Assembly: GCF_050700635.1 (NCBI RefSeq)
Contig: NZ_JBOHDT010000160.1
Coordinates: forward strand, 1,738-65,737
DNA length: 64,000 nucleotides
Origin: Aeromicrobium sp.
GTDB taxonomy: Bacteria > Actinomycetota > Actinomycetes > Propionibacteriales > Nocardioidaceae
Direction: 5' to 3'
Both the position numbers and the translations under genes were made by a program. Within the stretch, counting starts at the first letter, position 1, and every line of letters starts with the position of its first letter. Below, one piece after another: positions 17,397 through 32,256 of the stretch. The notes under the pieces were generated by a model. The model was not told where the DNA came from. It did no database searches and was given only the letters and a program-made list of their open reading frames with translations.

Positions 17397-18689
17397 GTGA
17401 GCGTGCTGGTGGACGTCAGGACTCTCGTGGGCGGATGGGTCGGTCGGGTTGCCGTCCGTCGACTCCGGAGGAAGGGGATCGACCTCTCCCGGGTCGCCTT
17501 CCTCCCCGAACCCACGAAGGTGCCGCTCCAACGGATCGGCTCCGACCCGATCCCCCGTATCGCCGAGATCCGGCGGAGCTCGCCGCTGTCCCGTCTACCG
17601 GTGCCGTTCGTCGACTTCCGGGTCTGGCTCCTCACCGGCTACCCCGAGTCGCGCGCCGTGCTCACCGACCGCGACAGCTACAGCAACGACATCCGCCATC
17701 TCTTCAACGGCGACGGCCCCGCCACGTCCGACGACATCGGTGGACTGGGGTTCACCGACCCGCCGCTGCACACGCGGCTGCGCAAGATCGTCACGCCGGA
17801 GTTCACGATGCGGCGGCTCGCCCGACTCGAGCCGGTCATCGAGGGCATCGTCGACGATCACCTCGACGAGATGGAGGTGCTGGGCTCGCCGGTCGACCTC
17901 GCCAAGCACCTGGCTTTTCCGGTGCCGTTCCAGACGATCTGCGCACTTCTGGGTCTGGACTACGACGACCGCGACGGGTTCTCGAAGCTCGGCAGCGCGC
18001 GGTTCGACGCCATGGGAGGCGGGGGAGCGGCGTTCGGTGCGATGTCAGAGCAGCGGGAGTTCCTGTTCGACGCGATCGCCCGTCAGCGCCAGGATCCCGG
18101 CCCGGGACTGCTCGGCCAGATCATCCGTGACCAGGGCGACGCGATCAGCGACGTCGATCTTGCCGGTCTGGCCGACGGTGTCTTCACGGGCGGGTTCGAG
18201 ACGACCGCTGGGATGATCGCGCTCGGCACCGTCGTGTTGCTGCGCGATCCCGAGCACGCCGCTCTGGTCCGTGACGGCTCCCGCGACGAGGTCGACCGCG
18301 TCGTCGACGAGCTGCTGCGCTACCTATCGGTCGTGCAGCTGGCGTTCCCGCGGTTCGCGAAGCAGGACATGGAGCTGTTCGGCCAGCAGATCCGGAAGGG
18401 CGACGTCCTGCTGACATCGCTGTCGGGCGCCAACCGTGATGTCGCGTCGGCCGGCGCCGACCCGGAGGGTTTCGACCCTTTCCGGGTCCCACTGAGCGCC
18501 CATCTCGCCTTCGGCCACGGCATCCACCGGTGCATCGGCGCGGAGCTGGCCAGGATCGAGCTGCGCACGGTGTTCCCGCGCCTGCTTCGCCGGTTCCCCG
18601 ACCTCGCCCTCGCCAAACCCGAGGAGGAGCTGAACTTCCGCCGGTTGAGCTTCGTCTACGGCGTCGACGACCTGCCCGTCCGCTTCTGA
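17397..18689 (+). CDS. Cytochrome P450
   Basis: It carries the heme-binding loop FGHGIHRCIGAELARIEL and the I-helix GGFETTAG. The exact start is uncertain, since several in-frame GTG codons exist. Confidence 0.9.
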   Translation: MSVLVDVRTLVGGWVGRVAVRRLRRKGIDLSRVAFLPEPTKVPLQRIGSDPIPRIAEIRRSSPLSRLPVPFVDFRVWLLTGYPESRAVLTDRDSYSNDIRHLFNGDGPATSDDIGGLGFTDPPLHTRLRKIVTPEFTMRRLARLEPVIEGIVDDHLDEMEVLGSPVDLAKHLAFPVPFQTICALLGLDYDDRDGFSKLGSARFDAMGGGGAAFGAMSEQREFLFDAIARQRQDPGPGLLGQIIRDQGDAISDVDLAGLADGVFTGGFETTAGMIALGTVVLLRDPEHAALVRDGSRDEVDRVVDELLRYLSVVQLAFPRFAKQDMELFGQQIRKGDVLLTSLSGANRDVASAGADPEGFDPFRVPLSAHLAFGHGIHRCIGAELARIELRTVFPRLLRRFPDLALAKPEEELNFRRLSFVYGVDDLPVRF

Positions 18690-18692
18690 CCG

Positions 18693-19064
18693 TTACGCGG
18701 AGGTGCCGGTTTCGCACTGGCCCAGCGTGATCTCCTTGTACTTCTGGAACTGCCGTGACGAAGCGAACGCCTCGCGGTACTCGTCCGCCGGCAGATTGGC
18801 GTAGTACTCGACCGCCTCGAGCAGATCGTCCGCCTTCTTCTCGTCACTGAGCTCGGCGTACCTCTTCGCGAACGGCTTGGCCTTCACGAAGTGGTCGATG
18901 GTGGCGGTGTACTTGCGCTCGTTGAACGCGGCGATGCCGGACCGCACCTCAGCACAGGTCTGCGCCGCGGCGTCATCGATCTCGTCCTGGTCTGCGCCGC
19001 CGATCGAAGGGAAGCCGCACCCTGCCAACACGACGAGCGCGGCGCAGGCAACGAGCGGCCTCAT
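18693..19064 (-). CDS. Small lipoprotein of unknown function
   Basis: MRPLVACAALVVLAGCGF... has a lipobox L-A-G-C. The protein is 123 aa, with two further Cys residues near the ends of the mature part. Confidence 0.65.
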   Translation of the reverse strand: MRPLVACAALVVLAGCGFPSIGGADQDEIDDAAAQTCAEVRSGIAAFNERKYTATIDHFVKAKPFAKRYAELSDEKKADDLLEAVEYYANLPADEYREAFASSRQFQKYKEITLGQCETGTSA

Positions 19065-19120
19065 GGCAGGACTCTAGTCGTCGCTGCCGACCTCGCTCGG
19101 CGATTGACGTCGCGCGGCTT

Positions 19121-19480
19121 TCACCTGACGACGCCCCCAAGGAGCGAGCCGAGGTCGGCCAAGGCCTCCCGCCTGATGGAGTAGTAGACCCAGACACCCC
19201 GCTTGGAGCGGTCGAGCAGGCCGACATCGTGCAGAACCTTGAGGTGATGGCTGATCGTGGGCTGCGACAGGTCGAACGCGTCATTGAGATCGCACACGCA
19301 TGCCTCACCGTCTGCGTGGGACGCGACCAGCGACAGGAGCCGGAGGCGGACGGGATCAGCCAGCGCCTTCATCAGTGGCGCGATCCGATCGGCCGCAGCA
19401 TCCGTGAGCGGCTCCGTCGTCAACGGGGCGCAACAGGCGACCGTCTCGACCGGCGTCAACGTCAGCAATGAGTTCGACAT
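19121..19480 (-). CDS. ArsR/SmtB-family metalloregulator
   Basis: The ATG at 19480 gives MSNSLLTLTPVETVACCAPL...DPVRLRLLSLVASHADGEACVCDLNDAFDLSQPTISHHLKVL... This includes the wHTH and a CVC metal/metalloid site. The track extension to 19591 is unlikely. Confidence 0.85.
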   Translation of the reverse strand: MSNSLLTLTPVETVACCAPLTTEPLTDAAADRIAPLMKALADPVRLRLLSLVASHADGEACVCDLNDAFDLSQPTISHHLKVLHDVGLLDRSKRGVWVYYSIRREALADLGSLLGGVVR

Positions 19481-19486
19481 GTATCT

Positions 19487-19506
19487 ATATTGACAGGTGT
19501 CGATAT
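19487..19506. promoter_or_regulatory. Inverted repeat ATATTGACA-GG-TGTCGATAT (candidate ArsR operator), overlapping a TTGACA -35-like hexamer
   Basis: Read directly from the sequence. It is AT-rich and lies in the 76-bp divergent ArsR / ArsI-like intergenic region. Confidence 0.45.
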
Positions 19507-19556
19507 CCGTGACAAGGTCCGAACATAGACAGTCATCCATGTCCTGAGGAGGACTC

Positions 19557-20003
19557 ATGTCGCGCATCCAGCTGGCGCTCAACGTCGACAACCTGGAGGA
19601 GTCAATTGCCTTCTACTCCACGTTGTTCGCGACTGAACCTGCCAAGACGAAGGCCGGCTATGCGAACTTCGCCGTAGCCGAGCCGCCCCTCAAGCTGGTG
19701 CTGATCGAAAACCCCGGCCGCGGGGGTTCCATCAATCACCTGGGCGTTGAGGTCTCAGACGTTGACACGGTCGATTCTGAACTGTCGCGCCTTTCCGAAG
19801 CCGGGTTCGCGTCGACCGTGGAGAGAGACTCAACGTGCTGCTACGCCAAGCAGGACAAGTTCTGGGTCGAGAACGCCCCGAACAGTGAGCAGTGGGAGAT
19901 CTACACAGTCCTGTCTGACTCTGAGACGTTCTGGGGCGCCCAGTCCGAAGATGCCGAGTTCCGCGCGAAGCAAACGGCCCGCGAAACACCTGCGTGCTGC
20001 TGA
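19557..20003 (+). CDS. ArsI/CadI-family VOC (glyoxalase-fold) metalloenzyme
   Basis: MSRIQLALNVDNLEESIAFYSTLF...INHLGVEV..., with a vicinal Cys pair in DSTCCYAKQDKFWV as in ArsI C-As lyases/CadI, and a C-terminal ...ETPACC. GAGGAGGA Shine-Dalgarno sequence upstream. Confidence 0.8.
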   Translation: MSRIQLALNVDNLEESIAFYSTLFATEPAKTKAGYANFAVAEPPLKLVLIENPGRGGSINHLGVEVSDVDTVDSELSRLSEAGFASTVERDSTCCYAKQDKFWVENAPNSEQWEIYTVLSDSETFWGAQSEDAEFRAKQTARETPACC

Positions 20004-20036
20004 CTACCAGATCTGGGAGCCACCCCCGGTCTGCGT

Positions 20037-20690
20037 CTACCAGCCGCGCTCGCGCCACTCGCCGAGCGAAGGACGTTCGGTGCCGAGGGTCGTGTCGTTG
20101 CCGTGGCCGGGATAGACCCAGGTGTCGTCTCCGAAACGGCCGAAGAGCTTGGTCTCGACGTCGTCGATCAGAGAAGTGAAGAGCTCGGGGGACGAGGTCT
20201 TGCCGACACCACCGGGGAAGAGGGAGTCGCCGGTGAACAGGTGGACGATGCCGTCGGGGTCGTTGTAGGCGAGGGCGATCGAGCCGGGGGTATGGCCGAC
20301 CAGGCCGATGACCTCGAGCTCGCACGTGCCGACGCGAACACGGGCACCGTCAGCCACCTCGAGGTTCGTGGCGACGGGGATGTGCTCGGCGTCGATGGCG
20401 CTCGCGACGGTTTCCGCGGCCGTCCCTTCGACGACGGCGGCAAGAGCCTGCCAGTGGTCAGGGTGCAGGTGGGTCGTCATCACGCGGGCGAGCCCCGCCT
20501 CACCGACGAGGCCGAGCAGCGTCTCCGGCTCGTTGGCCGCATCGATCAGCACCTGCTCATCGGTGATCGCGCATCGCAGGAGGTAGGCGTTGTTGGACAT
20601 CGGGCCGACGGCGACCTTGGTGATGACGAGGTCACCCGCCTCGCGTGTGTCGGACGGACCGCCGACCTCGACCTCACCGGAGTAGCTCAT
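20037..20690 (-). CDS. MBL-fold metallo-hydrolase (glyoxalase II-like)
   Basis: 217 aa with the THLHPDHW (HxHxDH) motif. An MBL hydrolase next to uvrA is a conserved actinobacterial arrangement. Confidence 0.85.
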   Translation of the reverse strand: MSYSGEVEVGGPSDTREAGDLVITKVAVGPMSNNAYLLRCAITDEQVLIDAANEPETLLGLVGEAGLARVMTTHLHPDHWQALAAVVEGTAAETVASAIDAEHIPVATNLEVADGARVRVGTCELEVIGLVGHTPGSIALAYNDPDGIVHLFTGDSLFPGGVGKTSSPELFTSLIDDVETKLFGRFGDDTWVYPGHGNDTTLGTERPSLGEWRERGW

Positions 20691-20736
20691 GGCCCCAGCC
20701 TGCCATCAGTCCAAACCGCGCCGGGTGAGGAGGTTC

Positions 20737-20758
20737 TGTCACCGGGCGTCGATACCAT
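20737..20758 (+). promoter_or_regulatory. Weaker RecA-independent damage promoter-like motif, TGTCACCG-N8-TACCAT, upstream of uvrA
   Basis: It has the TGTCA core, correct N8 spacing and a TAnnnT -10, about 74 nt upstream of the uvrA GTG. It matches 6 of 8 upstream positions. Confidence 0.3.
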
Positions 20759-20831
20759 GGAGAAGGCCTAAGACGGCCGCCAACTGCGCACGTCCGACTC
20801 CGCCATCCACACCGCCAGAGCAGGGGAATCA

Positions 20832-23705
<2,874 letters not shown>

Positions 23706-23747
23706 GGTCGTTGAAGGCGTAACGAGTCCGCCCAAAGGGGAGCAGTC

Positions 23748-24200
23748 ATGACCGAGCTGAGCGACCAGACCACTCGCCGAGCCGTCTTGGGAGGGGTCGC
23801 GGCCGTGGGCGCAGGGGCCGTCCTCGCAGCATGCGGAAGCGACGAACCCAAGGACGCAGCGGGCGGAGACGCGACCTCCGGCGACAGTGGATCCGGGGGC
23901 GACGCAGCTGCCGGCGGCGAGATCGGCACGACGGCCGACGTCCCCGTGAACGGCGGCACGGTGTTCCAGAAGCAGAAGATCGTCGTCACCCAGCCGACCG
24001 AGGGCGACTTCAAGGCGTTCACCGCGGTCTGCACGCACTCCGGCTGCACCGTCGGCGAGGTCAACGGTGACACCATCCAGTGCAACTGCCACGGCAGCCA
24101 GTACTCGGCGGAGGACGGTTCGGTGAAGAAGGGCCCGGCACCGAAGCCGCTCGCCGCCAAGAAGCTCGAGGTCGACGGCGACAAGCTCATCGTCAGCTGA
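23748..24200 (+). CDS. Tat-exported Rieske [2Fe-2S] lipoprotein
   Basis: It has a twin-arginine motif TRRAVLGG, a lipobox LAAC, a Gly/Asp/Ser-rich linker, and the Rieske motifs CTHSGC and CNCHGS. Confidence 0.8.
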   Translation: MTELSDQTTRRAVLGGVAAVGAGAVLAACGSDEPKDAAGGDATSGDSGSGGDAAAGGEIGTTADVPVNGGTVFQKQKIVVTQPTEGDFKAFTAVCTHSGCTVGEVNGDTIQCNCHGSQYSAEDGSVKKGPAPKPLAAKKLEVDGDKLIVS

Positions 24201-24229
24201 CGGTCCGAGGCCGCCCGTAGGCTGGTGGG

Positions 24230-26167
24230 GTGGCAGATCCCGCGACGTATCGACCCGCTCAAGGGGAGATCCCCGTGGGTCCCGGCGTCTACCGTTTCCG
24301 CGACGACGCGGGCCGCGTCATCTACGTCGGCAAGGCCAAGTCGCTGCGTGCGCGCCTCAATTCGTACTTCCAGGACATCGCCGGCCTGCACGCCCGCACC
24401 CAGCAGATGGTCACCTCGGCGGCGGGGGTCGACTGGACGGTCGTCGACACCGAGGTCGAGGCCCTGCAGCTCGAGTACACCTGGATCAAGGAGTTCGACC
24501 CGCGTTTCAACATCAAGTACCGCGACGACAAGTCCTATCCTTGGCTCGCCGTCACGGTGTCCGAGGAGTTCCCGCGGGTCATGGTCATGCGGGGGGCCCA
24601 GCGCAAGGGGGTTCGCTACTTCGGCCCCTACGGACACGCCTGGGCCATCCGCGACACCGTCGACACACTGCTCCGGGTCTTCCCGATGCGCTCGTGCAGC
24701 GCCGGCGTGTTCCGGCGGGCCAAGGCCGTCGGCCGGCCCTGCCTGCTGGGTGACATCGGCAAGTGCGCCGCGCCCTGCGTCGGCCGGGTCAGCGCGGAGG
24801 AGCACCGCGCGATCGTGGACGACTTCATGTCGTTCATGGGCGGTCAGACGACCGCCTTCACGCGGCGCATCCAGAAGCGGATGCGAGAGGCCTCTGAGGC
24901 CCAGGAGTACGAGCTGGCCGCCCGGCTCCGCGACGACCTGGCAGCCCTCAACCGGGTGCTCGAGAAGCAGACGGTCGTCCTCCGCGACGGCACCGACGCC
25001 GACGTGTTCGGGTTCGAGATCGACCCGCTCGAGGTCGCCGTGCAGATCTTCACCGTGCGCGGCGGACGCATCCGCGGCCAGCGCGGCTGGGTGGCCGATC
25101 GTGCCGACGACACCGATGTGCCCGAGCTGGTGCAGCGCGCGCTGGTGACCCTGTACGGCGAGTCGGCGTCCGAGGTCGTCCCCCGGCAAGTGCTCGTGCC
25201 CGAGCTCCCGTCTGACGCCGACGTCGTCACCGAGCTGCTCACCGAGCTGCGCGGCGGACCGGTCACCATTCGCGTCCCGCGCCGCGGCAACAAGAAGCGG
25301 CTGATGGAGACGGTGGAGCAGAACGCCCACCAGTCGATGGCCCGCCACAAGATGAAGCGGGCCGGCGACCTCACGGCGCGCAGCCAGGCGTTGGAGGAGA
25401 TCCAGGACGCGCTGAGCCTCCCGACCGCCCCCTTGCGGATCGAGTGCTACGACGTCTCCAACCTCCAGGGCACGGAGATCGTCGCCTCGATGGTGGTGTT
25501 CGAGGACGGCCTGCCACGCAAGTCCGAGTACCGGCGCTTCACGGTGCGGCACGAGGGACAGAGCGACGTCGCCGCCATGCACGAAGTCATCACCCGACGG
25601 CTGGCGCGGCTGCTCAAGGCCCGCGCCGAGGGTGCAGACGAGCAAGGAGTCGATCCCGAGACGGGCAAGCCGAAGCGGTTCGCGTACGCGCCGTCGCTGA
25701 TCGTCGTCGACGGCGGCCCGCCGCAGGTCGCAGCCGCCCAGGCAGCCATGCAGCAGCTCGGACTCACCGACATCGCCCTGTGCGGGCTCGCCAAGCGGCT
25801 CGAGGAGGTGTGGGTGCCCGACGACGACGACCCGGTCATCCTGCCGCGAACGAGCGAGGGGCTCTACCTGCTCCAACGGGTGCGCGACGAGGCGCACCGG
25901 TTCGCCATCGCCCACCACCGGCAACGCCGCGCGAAGGCCATGACCGGCAGCGTCCTCGACGACGTCGCCGGCCTCGGGCCGACCCGTCGTCGAGCCCTGC
26001 TCAAGACCTTCGGGTCGGTCAAGAAGCTGAGGGCTGCGAGCATCGAGGAAATCGCGAACGTCCCCGGCGTCGGCCCGGCTACGGCACAATCCATCGTGGC
26101 GGCGCTGTCGGATGAAGCTCCTGCACCCGCCGTCGACATGGCGACCGGAGAGATCGTGGAGGATTAG
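24230..26167 (+). CDS. uvrC: Excinuclease ABC subunit C
   Basis: 645 aa. It has a GIY-YIG N-terminus [31 protein letters not shown], a UVR domain and a C-terminal HhH region. GTG start. Confidence 0.95.
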   Translation: MADPATYRPAQGEIPVGPGVYRFRDDAGRVIYVGKAKSLRARLNSYFQDIAGLHARTQQMVTSAAGVDWTVVDTEVEALQLEYTWIKEFDPRFNIKYRDDKSYPWLAVTVSEEFPRVMVMRGAQRKGVRYFGPYGHAWAIRDTVDTLLRVFPMRSCSAGVFRRAKAVGRPCLLGDIGKCAAPCVGRVSAEEHRAIVDDFMSFMGGQTTAFTRRIQKRMREASEAQEYELAARLRDDLAALNRVLEKQTVVLRDGTDADVFGFEIDPLEVAVQIFTVRGGRIRGQRGWVADRADDTDVPELVQRALVTLYGESASEVVPRQVLVPELPSDADVVTELLTELRGGPVTIRVPRRGNKKRLMETVEQNAHQSMARHKMKRAGDLTARSQALEEIQDALSLPTAPLRIECYDVSNLQGTEIVASMVVFEDGLPRKSEYRRFTVRHEGQSDVAAMHEVITRRLARLLKARAEGADEQGVDPETGKPKRFAYAPSLIVVDGGPPQVAAAQAAMQQLGLTDIALCGLAKRLEEVWVPDDDDPVILPRTSEGLYLLQRVRDEAHRFAIAHHRQRRAKAMTGSVLDDVAGLGPTRRRALLKTFGSVKKLRAASIEEIANVPGVGPATAQSIVAALSDEAPAPAVDMATGEIVED

Positions 26168-26329
26168 GGTATGCCTTCCAACCCCGCGCGACGCGAATCG
26201 CGACCCCGCATCCCGACCGGCGGCGTTCTCGTCGGTCGCCGCACTACCCGGTGCGCCTCCCTCCTCGGCCTTGCCGGATCGGGCGCGGATGCCGCGCTCG
26301 CTTCCCACGCGGGATTGGAAGGCACACCC
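26167..26329 (+). promoter_or_regulatory. Long-range helix (20 of 22 bp) enclosing the uvrC-rapZ intergenic region and covering the rapZ Shine-Dalgarno sequence
   Basis: GGGTATGCCTTCCAACCCCGCG (26167-26188) is complementary to CGCGGGATTGGAAGGCACACCC (26308-26329). The GGAAGG at 26317-26322 lies inside the 3' arm. Confidence 0.4.
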
Positions 26330-26332
26330 TAA

Positions 26333-27196
26333 ATGACCTCGCTCTCGAAGCTCGTGCTGGTCACCGGCATGACCGGAGCCGGCAAGGGCTCGGCGGCCAA
26401 GGGGCTCGAGAAGCTCGGCTACTACGTCATCGACAACCTGCCGGCCGACGTTCTCGTCGAGACGGTCGAGACCGTCGAGCGGTCAGAGTTCAGTGATCAG
26501 CTGGCCGTCGTGGTCGATGCGCGGTCGGGCCCGTTCTTCGACCGGCTGGTCGACGTGCTCGAGGAGCTGCGGGCGCGCGGCACGCCCACCCAGATCCTGT
26601 TCCTCGAGGCGGCCGACGAGGTCCTGGTCCGCCGGCAGGAGGCAGCCCGGCGCCCGCACCCGCTCAGCCGCGAGGGCCGTCTCATGGACGGCTTCCATCG
26701 CGAGCGCGAGCTGTTGACCCGGCTCCGAGGCCGCGCCGACATCGTCGTCGACACCTCGAATCTCAACGTGCACCAGCTCGGCCAGCGCATCCAGGCCGCC
26801 TTCGAGGACGACGACAGCAAGGGTCTGCGAGCCTCCGTCGTGTCGTTCGGGTTCAAGTACGGCATCCCGATCGACGCCGACATGGTGGCCGACATGCGGT
26901 TCCTGCCCAACCCGTACTGGATCGACGAGCTGCGTCCGCTCACCGGCCTCGACGAACCGGTGCGCGACTACGTGCGCAAGCAGCCCCGGTCTGAGGAGTT
27001 CCTCGACCGCTACGAGGGCCTGGTCGCCCTGCTCACCGACGGGTTCCTGCACGAGGACAAGCACTTCCTCACCATCGCCATCGGCTGCACCGGCGGACGT
27101 CATCGCAGCGTGGCGATGGCCGAGGCGTTCGCGGAGCGCCTCCGTGCCCACGACGTCCGCACCCTCGTCGTGCACCGAGACCTCGGCCGCGAGTGA
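26333..27196 (+). CDS. rapZ: RNase adapter protein RapZ (P-loop NTPase)
   Basis: MTSLSKLVLVTGMTGAGKGSAAKGLEKLGYYVIDNLP..., 287 aa, with a C-terminal ...IGCTGGRHRSV motif. Confidence 0.9.
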   Translation: MTSLSKLVLVTGMTGAGKGSAAKGLEKLGYYVIDNLPADVLVETVETVERSEFSDQLAVVVDARSGPFFDRLVDVLEELRARGTPTQILFLEAADEVLVRRQEAARRPHPLSREGRLMDGFHRERELLTRLRGRADIVVDTSNLNVHQLGQRIQAAFEDDDSKGLRASVVSFGFKYGIPIDADMVADMRFLPNPYWIDELRPLTGLDEPVRDYVRKQPRSEEFLDRYEGLVALLTDGFLHEDKHFLTIAIGCTGGRHRSVAMAEAFAERLRAHDVRTLVVHRDLGRE

Positions 27197-27203
27197 AACC
27201 CGA

Positions 27204-28133
27204 ATGAGGGTTGTCGCGCTCGGCGGCGGACACGGACTCGCTGCGAGCCTGTCCGCGTTACGGCTGCTCCAGACCGATCTCACCGGTGTCGTCACCGTCG
27301 CCGACAACGGCGGCTCGTCGGGGCGCCTGCGCGACGAGCTGGGTGTTCTCCCGCCGGGCGACCTCCGCATGGCGCTCGCCGCACTCTGTGCCGACGACGA
27401 ATGGGGACGTCAGTGGGCGGGCATCCTGCAGCACCGGTTCGACGGCAACGGCCCCCTGCGCGACCACGCTGTCGGCAACCTGCTGATCGCGGCCATCTGG
27501 GAGATCCTCGGCGATCACGTGGGCGGCCTCGACCTCGTCGGTGAGCTGCTCGGCGCGCGCGGACGCGTGCTGCCGATGGCTGCCGTGCCACTCGACATCG
27601 AGGCGGACGTCCACCTCCGCTCGGCGCCGGACCGTCTCACTCTGGTGCGCGGTCAGGTCCAGGTCGCGGGCGTCGACGGTCAGGTCGTCAGCGTCCGGCT
27701 CGATCCGATGGACCCGCCCGCCTGCCCCGAGGCGCTGGAGGCCGTGCGGGAGGCCGACTGGGTGGTCATCGGCCCAGGATCGTGGTTCACCAGCGTCATG
27801 CCCACGCTTCTGGTGCCGGAGCTGCGTGACGCCCTGGTCGGCACCAGCGCGCACCGCGTCCTCGTGCTCAACCTCCAGGAGCAGGCCGGCGAGACCGAGG
27901 GACTGACGCCCACCGATCACCTCGAGGTGTTGTCGGCCCACGCTCCCGACCTGGGCCTCGACGCGGTCGTGGCCGACACGTCGCTACCCGACGGCCGAGG
28001 CACCCTCGCCAAGGTCGCGCGCGAGCTCGGTGCCCAGCTCGTCACGGCCGACGTCGCACGGAGTCCCGGGTCCGACCAGCACGATCCGCACCGACTTGCT
28101 GATGCGTTCCGCGCAATCTTGGACCGTGTCTAG
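27204..28133 (+). CDS. yvcK: YvcK/CofD-like gluconeogenesis factor (UDP-sugar-binding protein)
   Basis: The ATG at 27204 gives MRVVALGGGHGLAASLSALRLL...VVTVADNGGSSGRLR... The track start at 27144 overlaps the rapZ end. Confidence 0.9.
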   Translation: MRVVALGGGHGLAASLSALRLLQTDLTGVVTVADNGGSSGRLRDELGVLPPGDLRMALAALCADDEWGRQWAGILQHRFDGNGPLRDHAVGNLLIAAIWEILGDHVGGLDLVGELLGARGRVLPMAAVPLDIEADVHLRSAPDRLTLVRGQVQVAGVDGQVVSVRLDPMDPPACPEALEAVREADWVVIGPGSWFTSVMPTLLVPELRDALVGTSAHRVLVLNLQEQAGETEGLTPTDHLEVLSAHAPDLGLDAVVADTSLPDGRGTLAKVARELGAQLVTADVARSPGSDQHDPHRLADAFRAILDRV

Positions 28134-28186
28134 GAAAGGGGCAATAGAGTGGCACCGTTCGACCGCACCGTGGAGGGAGTCACCGC

Positions 28187-30234
<2,048 letters not shown>

Positions 30235-30255
30235 CCCGGTCGGTCAGACACGCTC

Positions 30256-31451
30256 GTGAAGACCATCGAAGACCTGGGTGACCTGCGCGGCCGGCGGGTT
30301 CTGGTCCGCAGCGACCTCAACGTGCCGCTCGACGGCCAGACGATCACCGACGACGGTCGCGTGCGCGCCAGCCTCCCGACCATCAAGCGGCTCAGCGACG
30401 CCGGCGCGCGCGTGCTCGTGGTGGCCCACCTGGGCCGGCCCAAGGGCACACCAGATCCGGCGTACACGCTCAAACCGGTCGCTGAACGACTGGCCGAGCT
30501 GCTCGGTTCTCCCGTGCTGTTCGCCAACGACACCGTCGGCGCGGAAGCACAGCGAATCGCGTCGGCCATGCAGGACGGGCAGGTCGCCATCCTCGAGAAC
30601 GTCCGCTTCAACGCAGGCGAAACCAGCAAGGACGACGACGAGCGTGGCGCGTTCGCCGATCAGCTGGCCGCGCTGGCCGACGCCTTCGTCTCCGACGGCT
30701 TCGGTGTGGTCCACCGCAAGCAGGCCAGCGTTTACGACGTCGCGGCACGGCTCCCGGCCGCGGTCGGCAGCCTCGTGCAGGCGGAGGTGGAGGTCCTCGA
30801 ACGACTGACGTCCAGCCCGGAGCGCCCTTACGTCGTGGTGCTCGGTGGCTCGAAGGTCTCCGACAAGCTCGGCGTCATCGACAGCCTGATCGAGAAGGCC
30901 GACAGCCTGCTCATCGGTGGCGGGATGGTGTTCACGTTCCTGGCCGCGCAGGGCCACGAGGTCGGCTCGTCGCTGCTCGAGGACGACCAGCTTGACGTCG
31001 TCAAGGGTTACATCGAGCAGGCCGCCGCGAAGGATGTCGACCTCGTACTGCCCACCGACATCGTCGTCGCGCCCGAGTTCGCCGCTGACGCGCCACCCAC
31101 CACGGTCGCCGCCGACTCGATGCCATCCGACCAGATGGGGCTCGACATCGGGCCCGACTCGGCAGCGGCCTTCGCTGACGTCGTCCGGTCGGCGCACACG
31201 GTGTTCTGGAACGGCCCGATGGGCGTCTTCGAGATGGACGCGTTCGCGGTCGGCACGAAAGCCGTCGCGCAGGCGCTCACGGAGATTGACGGGCTCTCCG
31301 TCGTCGGCGGGGGCGATTCCGCCGCGGCGGTGCGTCAGCTCGGCTTCGCCGACGACGATTTCGGCCACATCTCCACCGGCGGTGGCGCCAGCCTCGAATA
31401 CCTCGAGGGCAAGACGCTGCCCGGACTCGCAGTACTGGAAGGTGACTCCCC

Positions 31452-31455
<4 letters not shown>
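30256..31455 (+). CDS. pgk: Phosphoglycerate kinase
   Basis: 399 aa. ...[14 protein letters not shown]... and ...[10 protein letters not shown]... motifs. Confidence 0.97.
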
Positions 31456-32246
<791 letters not shown>

Positions 32247-32256
32247 AAGGCTCGAC

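Noticed and set aside
17400-17640. A possible ydaO/c-di-AMP-type riboswitch in a long 5' leader of the amino-acid permease, suggested by CGGGGGA and GGGGAGG strings on the minus strand.
   Set aside because: It lacks the other conserved ydaO segments I remember (such as the CAGCUAACCUCGUAAG-like segment), and the region is the coding N-terminus of the P450 gene on the other strand.
26171-26332. A 53-codon ORF (MPSNPARRESRPRIPTGGVLVGRRTTRCASLLGLAGSGADAALASHAGLEGTP) filling the uvrC-rapZ spacer.
   Set aside because: It is not called as a gene. Its third-position GC is visibly lower than in flanking genes, it has no Shine-Dalgarno sequence, and its composition is unremarkable. The long-range RNA helix explains the sequence constraints better. 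It remains testable under the corresponding finding.
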